A DNA stretch of 64,000 nt from Laetmonice hystrix (lineage: Eukaryota), in NCBI GenBank assembly GCA_965235115.1, contig OZ249436.1:54066001-54130000 (forward strand), in the 5' to 3' direction. The notes below the pieces were generated by a model. The model was given only the letters and a program-made list of their open reading frames with translations. It was not told the origin of the DNA and ran no database searches. Position 1 is the stretch's first letter, and the number at the start of each line of letters is the position of its first letter. Below, one piece after another: positions 47,794-62,089 of this stretch. A program made the position numbers and the translations under genes.

Positions 47794-48521
47794 GATCTCT
47801 GCCACCACTTGATTCAAATATTCATGAGCTGACGGCCTACTTGAATTTCACCCAATAACAGCTCTTGGATTTAGTCCTGATGACCCAGAAAACCCGGGCT
47901 GCGGTCGCTGTCGACTCGAGACAATCCCGGAAGATTACACCCACCATCGTTCAGTAAATAATATGTAGGACTTGACAGGTGTCGAGTTTAACATGTTTTA
48001 CGACTATACAGCAAGTTTGAGGCATTCATCTTGTGTCACAGTGGCGAAATGTCGGAAAGTCCCCTTGTTTTGGTGACCCGAGTAAACACCTATTACACCA
48101 CTCGTAAACAATGGATAACTTCGCGCAAAGAAATAGTTCTACTATCCTTTAATAGTTCCTTCCGTATTTGGGGTATATCTGAATTGTAAATAAATTTGTG
48201 GGACCCCTCAGACCTTCCTCTATTCAGATAGGGTAGCTAGGAATTCCCATAAGTGGTAATTAAGAAAGTTGGAGAAAGAGTTTGATATGTGAGGAATCAG
48301 CGCGTAAAAAGGTAAGTGGTGGCAGTGGCATAAGCTACGCGCAATGTCTCGTGGGAGATTGTGACTAATCATGAACTCTGGAAGTTTTCTGTGTATTTCC
48401 TTTGTCATTGGTGTAGGCCTACTCAACACCCATATAAGAACAGCTTAAATTTGTGCATGACAGTCAGGTTAGGCCCCTATACATTAATTTGAGAAGTAAT
48501 TTTGATGGTAGTCAACAACGT

Positions 48522-48784
48522 GGGTGGGTATTTGGGGTTTTACGCCTTGCAACAGCCAGGGTCATATCACGGCGGTGAAGATGAGATGAAAGTCAGTTTT
48601 TCTTGGTGGAGGAAACCGGAGTACCCGGAGGAAACCACCGACCTTCGGGAAGGAACTGACTGACAAACCTTTCACACATGCAGCCCAGGCCGGGAATCGA
48701 ACCCGGGTCGCAGCGGTGTGAGGCGATGGTCCTAGGTGTCATGATGGAGCCGACACCTTAGACCACTCGGCCACCCGAGGCCCC
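48522..48784 (-). mobile_element. tRNA-derived V-domain SINE
   Basis: A box TGGCCGAGTGG, B box GGTTCGATTCC, V-domain GGTTTCCTCCGGGTACTCCGGTTTCCTCC, 13-bp TSD TAGTCAACAACGT. Confidence 0.88.
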
Positions 48785-49426
48785 TAGTCAACAACGTAGA
48801 TCGAGAAGACTGGTCATCCATTCCAAGCAGCATTCCGGTTATATAAACGCCAGACGGGGTGGGCGATAATAGGGGAGTTTTACAACTCGGCGCATAAACG
48901 TCTACAAAATAGCATTTAAAAAATATTTTTCTGTTATCATTGTCTTTGTGCTTACTTTCTGTGCATGATTATATTTTGCCCCCATTTTTCTAAATAGGGC
49001 CTTACCACTCTCCTAGAAGCTAAGTTCTCATCTCAGTAGGCCTACTAGTAGAGGCCTATTATGCTATAGCAGTTAACTATTAGTGTACCCACAAAATAAT
49101 TATAATCAAACATTACTTACATTATGGGATGTTGTTTACCACTACATTATTAATTATTCTTAAACATTTAAACGAATAGGCCTATGGTATTATGATGTAG
49201 GCCTACTACAGTGCACCTGCCGTCAGTTTGTTTCACCCGGGCACATTGTACGTCCGAATAATGGACGTAGGCCTATCTATACGCAGAATATAATCCTATG
49301 AACAACTTGTCTGTTTAATCTATGTGAGATATACGGATTAATTTTTCAGTATGCGGAACCAGAATAGAGATGTCAGTGAGACTTATACACCATCTGGTAA
49401 CAGATCTGTGACACTAACATCGATAT

Positions 49427-50360
49427 CAGGCCCGTAGGCTGGTCTGAAAATGGGTGGGTTACTTATCAGGGGCGGATCCAGTATTTTCAAAACATTATGA
49501 AAAAAGGGCACTTTCTCCCCCCCCCCAGTGAGTATAGCCTAAACAGTCAAATAAAAGTGGCATAGGCCTATAGACCTATGCACATATCAACACAACAGGG
49601 CCGTAGTTAGAAATGTCTGAGTGTGGGGGCAGTCAGGGGCTAATCCAGGAATTTGGTAAAGGGGATGTCCCCCATGGGTGCGAGCGCCGAAGGCGCGAAG
49701 CCATGAAAGGGGGTCTGGGGGCCCTCCCCCAGAAAAAAATTTAAATTACTGTGCCAAATACGCGATAATATGGTTTCCAATACCAGTGGTTCCAACGTTT
49801 AAGATTGTGAAATGCGGCAGCAAAGCCACTGTAGGGAGCACCATATTGGCACGAAGCGTTTGTAGGGTGGTCCAGGGGCATGCTCCCCCGGCAGGAATTT
49901 TTTTAAACTAGGAGTGAAATGGTGGATTCTGGGGGCATTTTGGCCATGTTTCAGAAATCTGAGAGCAATTACTGAGGCACAGTAGCCTATACAAGGAATC
50001 TCTTTAGATTTTTAGATTGGGAAGTACCCCCCCCCCCCCGGTGGTTCTCGCCCCTTCTGAGATACCAGTGGCAGTGCAGTTCTGCCCCTGGTCCGGTCAT
50101 ATTGAATATGGGCGTGCTAGGGGGTCTGCATCTGGGATCCGCGACATGTTTCCCCAGAAAAAAAATGAAAAATTGGAGGCCTAACAACCATACATCTGGG
50201 TTTTTTTTTCAATTGGCGGGGCATATTGTGCCCCCTCCCCCAACTGAAAAATCGGTCCCACGCCCCTGGGCAGACCTTTTTATCTTGACTAGGCGGACCT
50301 TGGCTGGCTCTGCGGGTAGGTTACGAGTAACCCAAGTAACCCCCCCAGCCTACGGGCCTG
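49427..50360. mobile_element. MITE with 5-bp TSD, sister of 27599-29195
   Basis: TIR CAGGCCCGTAGGCTGG, TSD GATAT. Confidence 0.85.
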
Positions 50361-51327
50361 GATATCTGATCTCAGGTATAAACACCGTGTTAACACCATA
50401 TCTGTTAACAGTTACCCCTCACAAGGTTGTCTCACATTTATCGCAGTTTCAGACTCACAGGAACTAAATTTAGAAGGGTTCGAGACACCCGCGACGACTC
50501 TGTGACTATTTTGAGAGAACATTTGTCGCACGAAATTTTTGAACATGTTTAAAATTCCAGCGACACGAGTGCGAGGCCCTGGGACGAGGCGAGGGAATTG
50601 AGAGCCCCCGCGAAAGTTTCGAGACATTTTGGAAACTCCCTCGCGAAATTCATTCGCAAACAGTCGCAGCCTAGTGAGATATCGGCTTTAGAAGGTAACG
50701 TTTTAATGAGATGGAGATCATAATCATGTTTTACATCAGTTGATCTGGGACTGCACGGAAGCTTTGTTGACATTGACTGAAAGTAGTCCGTAGGGTCAAG
50801 GACGCCTACACAGCCTTCCTATGATCGTCACATACGAGCGATACGTTCGGCAGGGAACGTGGGCGGACGGGCGTGGATGAACTAACTAACGATTTCGACG
50901 TAAGGAGAAACAGGGGTAGATCTATAGCAAGCATATCGAAACCCAAGCAAAAGATATATACATTTTACTGGCGGATCGGAGGGGGGGGGGGGCGGGGGCG
51001 GGGGCTCCAGGTCCTGCCCAAATTCTGGACGATGTTATTTTTATCATTGCGCATTGATACGCATTTTGTGCCAGTTTGAATGGTGTGGATTCTGCAGTTA
51101 GGTTCGCAACGGTTCGCTATGCTTCACCTCGCATTACAGTGTGAAAGCGGCATAAGTCAGTCATACTCGTACCGCCCGACTCCAGTTAAAGTGACATCGC
51201 GAGTATCTTCGAGAATATAACACTTACCTGTCCCCTATAGTCACCTATTGACAATGGTTCTGCCTGAGCCCGGATTTTATTTGGAGTCTATTTAAATTGG
51301 TTCGGGCTGGAGTGCCCTTGTGGGAAC

Positions 51328-52468
51328 CCAGTAAGGTCTTGCCAAACGTGGGCCCCATGAGCAAAATGTCGTTGGTCCAACGTCGGGCATCTGAAGTTGG
51401 CCCAGCGTTGGTAGGAAATCCGGGGCACAGTCAATCAAGGGGCACAGTTAATCAGGGCTATTTCTGGAAAATTTTAAAAAGGGGAATCCCTGGTATGACA
51501 TCATCATTATTTGCGTTTGTGCAGTAGCCATTGATGAAAGTTTGACGATTTCGCCAGTAGCAGCTCTTGGCAGAAGGAGAAGGTAAAGTATGTTTTGATG
51601 CATCTAAAGTAAATTTCCATGGCTTCTGATCGTGTGCCATATCTTATAGCTCATCTAGAAGTAACAACTCGATGCACCAGTAATTCGAGCACATGTTTGG
51701 CACAATAGTGAATGATTTTTTTTCTTGAAACGAAAGCAACATGTGACCTTAGGCGCCAGTTTAGGGTAATGGGGGCATGTGGGGCACAGTGAATCGGGAC
51801 ACAGTGAATCATTGGAAGGGTGATTCACTGTGCCCCAGTCAGGTGATTAACTGTACCCCAGTAGGATTCTTTAACCCAACGGTTCAGATTCTGTTTACCA
51901 TGGGATACCATGGGAATTGCCTGATATTTTGTTATGTTCAGTTCAACTATAGTCAGTCATGTGACTATGCAAAATGTGGTTAAGGTTTGTTTTATGTGTT
52001 GTAATAGAAGCTAGAATTTTCTTTTTCAGGAAGATCTAAGATCGTGAGAAAAAGAAAGAAAGAAAGAAAGAAAGAACGTTGGCTCAACGTTTGTAAACAC
52101 GTTGGTCTGACGTTGGGCCAATGGGCTGTTTCAACGTTGGCCCAACTAGTGGCCCAACGTGGGCCCAATGAGCAAAATGTCGTTTGTCCAACGTCGCGTA
52201 CCTGACGTTGGCTCAACGTTTGTAAGCACGTTGGTCTGACATTGAGCCAATGGCCTGTTTCAACGTTCGCCCAACTGGTGGCCCAACATGGGCCCAATGA
52301 GCAAAATGTCGTTGGTCCAACGTCGGGCATCTGACGTTGGCCCAAGTGGCGCACCAACGTGGGCCCGATGAGCAAATTGACTTTGGTCCAATGTTGCCAT
52401 CTGACATTGGCCCAACGTAGCTACTGACGTTGGCCCAAAGTTGTACCAACGTTTGCGTGTTGTCAGGG
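51328..52468. mobile_element. Degenerate TIR element with ACGTTGG(G/C)CCAACGT palindromic repeat arrays, interrupted by another MITE (about 51412-51870)
   Basis: Repeats at 51340-51410 and 52076-52452. The inner element has GGGGCACAGTNAATC repeats in inverted arrangement. Boundaries approximate. Confidence 0.5.
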
Positions 52469-53019
52469 ATGTCTATGATCTCCCGGCTGGTATAGCACAC
52501 AGTAGGCCTACATCCTTTCAGCTCGCGCATCATTGGGGCTGCAGGCACGTCTTCCACCAAGGGAGGGGTGTCAGAAAATTTATAAAATTAGAAGCTCTGA
52601 GACGCGATTTCCCGCCATTTAGGGGAGATTTTAGGACATAATATTGCTTCGCACTTGCTAGTTTGGCGTTATGCGCACGCGTCACTTCAATGTGAGGCGC
52701 ATGATTGTTGTTTTTCTTTACCCTCATCTAGCAATAATGCATGAATTGAACGACCACCTATTGGTAAGGCTTGAAACTAACAATTCCATTCACACTGCAA
52801 TGGGTGTATGCAAATCTTGCATTGTATGCTTTATTGTAGCGAGGCACTGAGACGACGGCTTGTTGGTGGTAGGCCATACGTCGGCCATATTGGGATCAGT
52901 CTCATTCCAACGCGGTCTCTGGCCAAGGGTTGGCTGCGGGAGGTGCACTGCTGGTCGAACCCTATTTCTGACCAGTGATTACATGCCCCCTGCCCTCACT
53001 GTCATCCCGACACTTATCA

Positions 53020-56000
53020 ATGATGGAGGATCAACTTTGCAGCCGCCCTGACACCAACAGAGAACCGGCAGAATATGCCAAAAGAAATTATATCGCCTTT
53101 GACGACATAATCCGCCAGGTTGGATCTTTCGGCAGATACCAAATACGAACCTTTATCATGGCAAGTTTTTTTGATGTTCCCCTTGCATGGTTTCTACTGT
53201 TTTTTATGTTCGGGGGAGCAAACCCTGGCTGGTATTGTTTAACTGACGGAGAAACAAAGCTGTTACAAAACGTGTCGATGGAAGATAAGCCACAGATTGT
53301 AGAAAACACCACCGGGCTGTGGGCTGAGGGAGTGTGCGCCATAAATGGAACGAAATGCGATTCCATCGTTTTCAAAGGCGGCCTGACATCACTGGTTACG
53401 GAGGTAAGTGTAAGAATGCTTTTCGGTTTATCTACAAATAAGTAGACCGCAAAAATTTTATTTTTCACCTGAAACGCGACTTGCTTGCCACTTTGTATGG
53501 TATCCTATGCCAAGTCGATGCAAGAGAAGAGAAATAGGCCTAGATCTATACCGTGCAGTCTCGGGGAGTTCATATAGCTCTAACTTAAATGCCGGTATCA
53601 GAGTAATTAAAAGTGGACATTACCGAAATGGCGAAAGAAAGAAAGAAAACAAAAAGAAGGAAAAATATTATTTTTCTTTACACCTTTCATTTTACCCTAC
53701 AGTTCTCGTTGGTCTGTGAGAATGGGTATACGATCACTCTGTGCACAACCTTACTGATGGTGGGTGTTCTGGTTGGGGCCATCGTGGGCGGACAGTTAGC
53801 CGACATGTACGGCAGACGGCCCGTCGTCATTACCGCCTCCACACTGCTCATCCTCTGCCAGCTGGTCCAGTCTTTCTGTCCAAACTGGCAAGTCTTCGCA
53901 GCAATACGTTTTGCCGGGGGTATATCCGCAGGTTTGTGTCCCATATCTTCTAACACATATGCTCTCCATCAGATGAGCTGAAATCAATAAGATATTCAAA
54001 CGTTTGGTAACAAACTAAATTATGGCCACATTTATAACACACTGCCGCGAGCCCTATATGCCGGGCAGTGTAATATTGCCGAAGATATCACACTCTCGTC
54101 ACACTTCGCTGCAATTTCCCATAATGCAGAGGGGCTCGCTCCACTACCCCTCTGTCACCAAGCTAGTTCCTACCGCGCATGCGCGACCTCATTTGTATCG
54201 GCCGGCTTATGGCGCTAGCACCAGCTGGCCTCATCACTTGTCATCTGGCTGACATATAGTGCCACTTCATTTAACACCCATAAAAGAAAATTAAGTCAAT
54301 TGAAATAAAATTGAAATAAAAGATTGGTGGGTGTTCTGGTTGGGGCCATCGTTTAGCGGCAGTTTGGTGGCAGAGATTGAATGAAGTGAACTATCTCTGC
54401 GTCCAGAGAGTGACTTCGCTGGTTTCCAAAAAATGTTCAATAGTTACATTTCCAGCATGGCCACTGGCGGCCAAGTTGGATTTCAAGCGGAAGGAGGCCT
54501 CCAAATCAAATAATAAAGCCTAATCGATTCCAAGTGTGAGATTTAGTGGAAAAAGTGCTATTATACATATTTCTATGACAAGGGAATCGAAACATACAAT
54601 TTTAATATGGCGACTGGCAGCCATTTTGGATTTCGCGGTTTACCGGAAGTAGCCGCCATTCCTAGATTGCCAACAAGGTTTTTTGTATTATTTGGGGCCC
54701 CCTAAAGACATCTAGGGGGGTCGCTTGCTTTCATCATAAAATGCCCACGGGACTTTATTTTATACAACATGCTCCCTGACTAGTGTGTCAGCCGTCGCTA
54801 TTTTGACCGGTTTGGGGATTTAGACGTAGGCTTACGTTCAATTTTGTAGACACCATAAAGGGCGGTTGACTTTGCAAAAATAGGTGGTGGGCCGATTTTG
54901 CCCGTAAAAAGTGAGGTGTGGCAGAGGGGTACATTCGGGATTCCCTCGGCCATATCTTCGAAAGTAGCCTCGGGTAAAATAGGCGCCATTTTGAGCATTG
55001 CATCGCGGGTACATTTAGCCGGGACTCTCGACAGCATGGCAGTGCTTGCAGTATTTTGTCTGCATCAGGCATGGAAGCAACTAAAATAGGCCTACAGTGC
55101 TTTCCCCGAAGTCAGTGGGCAATATTACGATAGTATCATGTTCATGATACAACTTGAATTACAAGTAGTCCTACCATGTGTCGTTCATGGGCGCGGCCAT
55201 ATTGCTTCCCATAATTTGATAAATTACCGTATTGACGCCCATTTAGGTAAATTAGATGCAGGATATGACGGTTCACTCAGTGCCTCGCTACACACCTCAA
55301 TGGCCATGTATCCGGTTGCCAAACATGGCCGCTAATCCACCCGAGGGTACATTCGAATAGCAGGAAGTGACGTCATATGCCCGAGGGAGTCCCGAATGAG
55401 AGGGGTAGTGGAGCAAACCCCTCTGCATTATGGGAGATTGGGCAACACCGCTGGACGGTGATGCCGCCGTGGTGGGTTCGAATCCCCCCGACGGCAAACA
55501 CCGTCCAGTGACGATATATCGCTATGGGGGCCAGAATATCATGGTGTATACTAGACGGAATATCCATCTCTCTATAGGCTAGCCGAGAGATGGACGTAAG
55601 CCCACTGTAAATCCCATCGAATCACCGTACCACTACTCGCTCCCTCCTATATACCGTGTACTCACGCGAAAAAAATCATGATGCAGTGAAGCGGTAATCT
55701 ATAGCGATTGCACAAGAAATTAATAGCCTGGTGCCCGGTCTAAACACTACGTATATATACTTTTCTCTTTAGGGACATTGTCAAAGTAATTGGGTTACCC
55801 CTGATGCCCGTGCATTTCAAAAGAAAAATACAGTCTACGCCAGTGCCAGGATTACCTTAACAGTCAATGTTCGGTAGAAATCATGTGTAGCTCTAACTAG
55901 GAAAATATGGATTCCGTCTCATTTCAAAAAGATGTGTGTAGGGGGGAGGGTCCATTATCCTGCTCGACCACCAAAGCTCCTTTTTTTAGGGGAGTGGCGG

Positions 56001-59000
56001 TGGCCTAGTGGGCATGGATGTCGACACCTTATGCTATGCGAATGGGTGCAGTAATCTTAGGGCCTGTGTTCGATTCCTGTAGAGGACTATACAACTTTTC
56101 TCTTTAGGGACATTGTCAAAGTAATTGGGTTACCCCTGATGCCCGTGCATTTCAAAAGAAAAATACGTATATAGAGCCTGGTGAAGACCAATCGAAGCGA
56201 ACGTTGTGATTGGCCCATCGAAAACATGGACGCAAACGAGGTAGTTCCGTACCCTCCGTATTTCTCAAACAAGATACAGATATTTTCGTCAATCAGTCCC
56301 CACGCCTGCTACGGTCAGCATGCGCAGGGGCATGTTGGCCACTCCAAGCAGAAGTCAGTCACTCTGTTAACGCTGACCAACGGAACGGAAGCGGAAGTGC
56401 TTGGAGATTAATCACTTCCGTTTCGCAGCTCTCTGTTAGCCATCACCTAGCCTAACATAGCGGATGTGTATGGTAGGCACAGGGCACCAGGCTAAAGAAA
56501 TGAAGCTTTATGTCCCTATTGTTCATAGAAATTGGCTGAAATCTGTTCGAAGCGGCACATGTCGTTCCATTCCGCCGCCATGTTCTATTACTGGGGAGCA
56601 AACGTCACTTCCGGTCTCAGGGAGCAGCTCATAATAACTAACTTTGTCTGATAGCCAGTCTGCGCCATTTGATAAATTAATACCCAGTAAAGCCGCTTTC
56701 ACATGCACACGTTTTGCGGCGTGCGGCGTGCGCTTTTGCAAAAATGGAACAACTGAAAATAAATATAACCGTTTACATGCCTCCGGTTTGCGGTGTGTGG
56801 CAATTTACATTTGTTACATTATTAACAAAAACGCACGCCGCACACCGTATGCATGTGAAAGCGGCATCACAACTCCATACCACCGCGTTCTAGAGCGTTC
56901 CAGAAGGGCCAAAATCGCAAAATGAATGCTCCCCCGATTTGAGATGTCGTAACGCCCGCGAGACAGGCAAAATGGCGCCGCCCGGTAAACATGCGCGAGT
57001 CGCTGGATAAAAGTTGTGGTTATTCATCCAGATTCACACCACCGCCTTAAAGGTTTACACCACCGCAAAGCTAAGCACAGTTCCTAACTTTATCATATAT
57101 TTTTTGCTTTGGGGATGGCAATATAACAAAATCACTTGATTTTTGGGCTACCCTAGCGCCAGCTCTGTTTGAAACACAGAGCTAACGAGTTGGCTAGGTG
57201 TATACCTACATGAGTAAGTAGGCTATACATTGTGGGCTATACTTTGAATAAATGGGCGACGTGCAAGTAAACAAAACAATCATCGAAGTCGGAAATTCAA
57301 GTGACCTTTTTTTGTATCTTGACTAAACGTCTTGTTTTGTTTGTCCTCCAAGGTGCCGAAATGATTATAATATTTGTCATACCAATGGAGATAATCGGCG
57401 AACGATGGCGAACCCTGTGCGGATGCATCGGATTTTGGCAGGTGGGCAGTATATGCTTCGGTGGACTTGCGTACCTGGTACCACACTGGCGACACCTATC
57501 GATAACCACGGCTATGATCGCCTCACCATTACTGCTGTCCTTTTTGTACGTATTTTTTCAGCAAATTTATTCGTTCTTTTATCAGTAGAAAACGCATAAG
57601 TCGGAGACGCCTAGTCGGAAAATCGCCCATCTCGGATGACTTTAAGACGTCCCGATTTTTTGTAGTGTTATTCCAATTAAAAAATAATCGCATAAGTTGG
57701 ACACTACAGGTCGGATTTTCGGCTGTCTCGGATGAAATGTCATGGTCCCGTCTAATACATGTCCAATAAAATTTTACTGCGTAAGCGGACGCGGACGTCT
57801 ATAGCCTAATTCTCTTCGCCACCGTCAGATGTCGTGTTTGGTTGGTATCGAAGAGGTTTGCCGTTGTTTCTCAGAATCTTTGCTGGGTTGCTTTGCTCCT
57901 GTTCGGGAAGACATGCCATAGGAGACGACCCTTTGGGGGATCAAAACAGTATTTTTCTCCGACGTCCGTATAACTCGGATTTTATCCGACTTGCACACAA
58001 CTAGGATTTTATCCGAATTATAAATAAGCCGGATATCTTGCAAATCTCTGGGCCACTTGAATCCGACTTATGCGTTTTCTACTGGTATTTACCCAGGATC
58101 CCCACTCGGCTAGATTGCCATCACAAATGTAGGATCCTTGCCAACAATTCCAAATTAAATTAAAACATAATAAAACAACAATACAGTACACACGTCCCCT
58201 ATCTCTAAAAAGATATTTCATCACTATACACAATCTACCAATAACTGTGACTAATCATTTTCCATTAATTTTCAATTTAAAATCATTTTCTTCATAATCT
58301 AATACAAACAGGTCGGCTATTTTACGGTACTGGTCCATTATTGTTATAGCTACCTTTCCCTTCATGTGTAATTCTGAAGGCTTAATTTCCTTTTATATAT
58401 TTTATACGTTAACTTGGCATTCTTATCTTGTAAATGCCTGTAAATGCCTGTTAACACTTAAACATACAATCCTAATACTTAGCATGTCGGGACAGCCTGC
58501 CATGGGACCCGCATCCCAGCCGTGCCTTCTTCTTAATATCAATGTAAACATTATAATACTGCTACCTTCTACCTTTGTCTCTGGCTTATGCCGGACCTTG
58601 TATATATATATTTCTCATTCGCAAGTGTTTAGAGCGTGGAAACTATATGTCTTAGATACTGTGTCGTTAGAACCACCAGAATGATCCTTGATTCAGCATC
58701 GTCAACCTTTCCTGCCTGTTCATTTCTTGTCCGATTACGGTTTTGTTGTTGCCGTGTCACTATGTATAGTGACCGGGTTGACTTGGTGTTCGTGTCGATC
58801 ACTGAGTCTTGCACTCTTGCAAGCGAGCGACGAGTGACCTCTAGCGGGGAAAAGGGTCTCGTGATCGAGACTAATGGCAATGTGACGCGAATTTGCTCTG
58901 CGTATGCCTTTCCCGCGGCTCCATACCGTATGCCGCCCAGTCATGTTGCGGAGCCCATTCATGACTCAACTCTATTCATAATTTTTAAAAAGGTCAAAAT

Positions 59001-61535
59001 TTTAGTGGAAAGTTTTGTGTCTGTGTGTGTTTGTATGTGAACATTGTTTCATTTCGTGAGTGCTCGACTGTACTCGGTTTTCAGCACCAACGAAAGTTAG
59101 TCAATATTTAAATGGGCCTACTGCAGTATTCATGATGGAAGGAAAGTTCAAATATTAGACAATAATATATAAGTATACCCATTCTATTCATTGACCATTG
59201 ACATTATTTTGTTCAGTATAAGACAATAATATTGTTTGCCTTTCAGTGTTATTAAAGAGAGCCCGCGATGGCTGGTACAGAAGAAGCGCTTGCCAGACGC
59301 CTCCCGCATCATCCGGCAGATGGCGCGTCAGAACGGGCGTCCGTTACCAGAAGAAAGCGCCCTCTACAATGTATCGACCAGAGACAACCAGTCGACGAGA
59401 TATTCTCTCAAACACTTGTTTCGCAACCGCCCCTCGACGTTCCGGACGTTACTCCTATACCAATTATGGTAAGATTATGAAAATAAACAAGAAATTGCGG
59501 AATGTCTAAGAAACGTAGAAACTTAAGTACTGAGCGAACAAGTTTATCATTGTGTAGGCCTACTTCATAAACATGTATTGTTTTTTTTGCTCCCTGACAG
59601 TTCCATTATTTATTTATTCCGAAGACTGTCAGGCCCGTACGGTAGCGAGGACTTCCAAAGCCGGGGTGGGTCGTTGGGGGGGGGGGAGTGGATCGTTTTA
59701 AATAAGTTGATTTTTTTTTAAATAAAAAGTGGACTTTTGGGTGAAAATAGACTTAGGCCTAAAACCTTCTATTTCAGGCGGTTGTGCTGTCCACCGAAAT
59801 TGACATTAGGTCTACTAGACATATAGACCTAATTCTTTGCACGAAAAAGTCCGTTTAGGGGGACCACCACCCACCCGCTCAACCCCCACCCCTGCCTTCG
59901 GGCATAGAAAAGAATCTACCTGTTTCAAAATATATCCAAAGTAAAGGCCTCATGGAATCAGAATTTATAGTCAGGTTCAAAGTTACAGTGCAAGAAGCTT
60001 AAGAGCTTAAGAGCTTCTAATTTAATGGTCGGCCCCTTACTGCATATAATTATGATACTGGTGTATTATTATGGCCCAGGTTTACGTGTGCTTCAGCCTA
60101 CTACGGCTTGTCTATGATGACCACCATTTTGGCTGGAAATATTTTTATCAATATTGTCATCATGGGAGTCGCTGAGCTTCTCATAAGTGTGACTGTCATC
60201 TATACAGCGTCCAGGTAATTATAATTTGTCGTGATTATATAGGTTCAAAGGGGTTCTATTGTAGGCATATCTATCCATATCATAATATCTGTGTGTAGAC
60301 ATTTTATCAGAAATACGTAACCATTATGTCACCTCTATAGCTATAAATAAATTTCGATTAACCTAGTTTTGGAAAGTCATGGAAGTCTAATAAAAGTACC
60401 TAAAATTGTGACTATCACATTGTTATTCAATTTAAAATATGCATGTCAGTAAGGTATTGGTATAAGCAACACTTTAATGTGTCTACACTAAAAAAGTACG
60501 TTTTCAAATTTGACCAGAAGCGTTAATTTCATTTTCTCCACATATACGCAGAATGGGGAGGCGGCCTGCCCTGATGATGTATCTAAGCCTAGCGACAGTT
60601 TGCCTTGCCTGTGCTGTGACACTGTCCGTCACTAAAAGTATTCCAGTGGCTCGCAGTATCATCGCGGCTTTCGGACGGGCTAATGTCATCGCGGCGTGGA
60701 ATATTGCGTCTCTTCTGACCGCCGAACTGTTCCCTACCGTCGTCAGGTGTGTGCATCTTTCGCCATTTTTCTCTCTCCTTTAATACGTTGCCATAGATAC
60801 ACCGTCAGGCCTGTGTATAAGTAAGTTATTCTACTTTAGGTGAATAGATCTGCCTACACATGGGCGTTAGAAAACTAGGCCTATGCCATTTTGTTCATTT
60901 AGGTATAGGGTTTACCTTTCTTAAGCGCTACCTCTTATTTTTTTTTATCTTATTAATAATTATTTCAGCTTTGTTAAGGTGATTTAACGTCGATTTTTGT
61001 GATACGTATAGATCATTGGGGACAGGAAGCAGTTCGATGGTTGGTCGGTTAGGCGGTATCCTGGCTCCTATAATCGCCTACTTGGTGAGTACGCCCCAGT
61101 AACAGTGGCAGATCGGGGGGACCCCCCCCCCAGGCAGCCAATTTTTCTTTTCTGAATGACCATGCTAAATCCCCCCCACCCCAAGTAAATTAACACCTTG
61201 CCAAAATCCTAGATCCGCCCCCGAGTAACACAAAATCACTGTCACCAATGAATCACAGTCTCAACGTTAAGTGACCTTCATAAAAAAAACATAGTATAAT
61301 TCTCATACTCCTATAGGCCCCTATTCTACCTTATAGACGTCACTGGTTTATTCTCATGCCTTCGTTGTCTTAGACTGTGGTCCACGAGGTGATCCCGAGC
61401 GTGATATTCCTGGCTCTGATCCTCAGCTGCCTGGTGTCAGTTTTTCTCGTTCTGCCGGAAACAAAGGGCAAAAACCTCCCGGATGTCCTGCCCCCAAAAC
61501 GAGGCTGCTGCGCGCCGGAGGGTGACAGTCACTGA
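53020..61535 (+). CDS. SLC22/Orct-like MFS organic cation transporter, 530 aa
   Basis: Exons 53020-53403, 53703-53931, 57353-57545, 59247-59468, 60080-60214, 60552-60746, 61012-61084, 61374-61535. All GT-AG and in phase. Motifs VGSFGRYQ, SLVTEFSLVC, LADMYGRR, ESPRWL, YYGL, AELFPTVVR, LPETKG. Confidence 0.93.
54932..55398 (-). mobile_element. Mutator-like MITE copy with perfect 9-bp TSD
   Basis: TSD AGAGGGGTA on both sides. The paralogous empty site at 23921-23929 has it once. Confidence 0.88.
55724..56494 (+). mobile_element. Academ(H)-like element copy with internal SINE-like insertion (55758-56163)
   Basis: TAGCCTGG...CCAGGCTA termini, near-perfect 10-bp TSD AAGAAATTAA/AAGAAATGAA. The insert is flanked by TACGTATATA. 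Confidence 0.7.
56692..56865. mobile_element. Short Harbinger-like MITE
   Basis: TIR GCCGCTTTCACATGCA. Confidence 0.6.
57582..58085. mobile_element. MITE with 23-bp TIR
   Basis: CAGTAGAAAACGCATAAGTCGGA / TCCGACTTATGCGTTTTCTACTG, TA flanks, TCGGA subterminal repeats. Confidence 0.8.
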
Positions 61536-62089
61536 GGATGTGGAACTGGATGGACCTTGCTGAAACCACGGCTTTATTATTATATTATTGACAACGCCTA
61601 CAATTCAATGATCGATGCACACAGGAGAATGGTTGAACCTATCTTATACCAGCGGCCAAAGAAAAAGCCAATACACATGTACGAGATTCAACCCCCTTGT
61701 AAGCATAAAAGGGTGTGCGTGAACCAATCAATGTCTGGGTCTAAGACAATTGTTCTGATAATCAGTTTTCTGTATTATCCTTCCTCGCGATGACCTTGGC
61801 TCGAGAAATGGGAGAGGATCCCCCAAAATATTTGTATAACCAATTGCTTCCGTTGTTGAACGCCACGTTTGACATTCTTTCAGTCAAAGTTCGTTCTTGA
61901 CATGGCAGTTCGTGCTCCAACTTGTAACTTGTGCCTTTCCCGCCAGGGGGCTTAGCCAGCGGGGTACGCGTGAGGCGTAAAGCCTCTTTTCCATCTTCAC
62001 GAAACTAGGAGATACTGTGATCATCAGATTGTCAAAGCAGTTCTCCGAAGGCGTTTCTTTTCTCATATCTTATACATGTAGTCTTGTAG

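Noticed and set aside
58090..58620. Possible degenerate CR1/L2 LINE 3' end on the minus strand
   Set aside because: Only a faint GPV.*NS.P..IR similarity.
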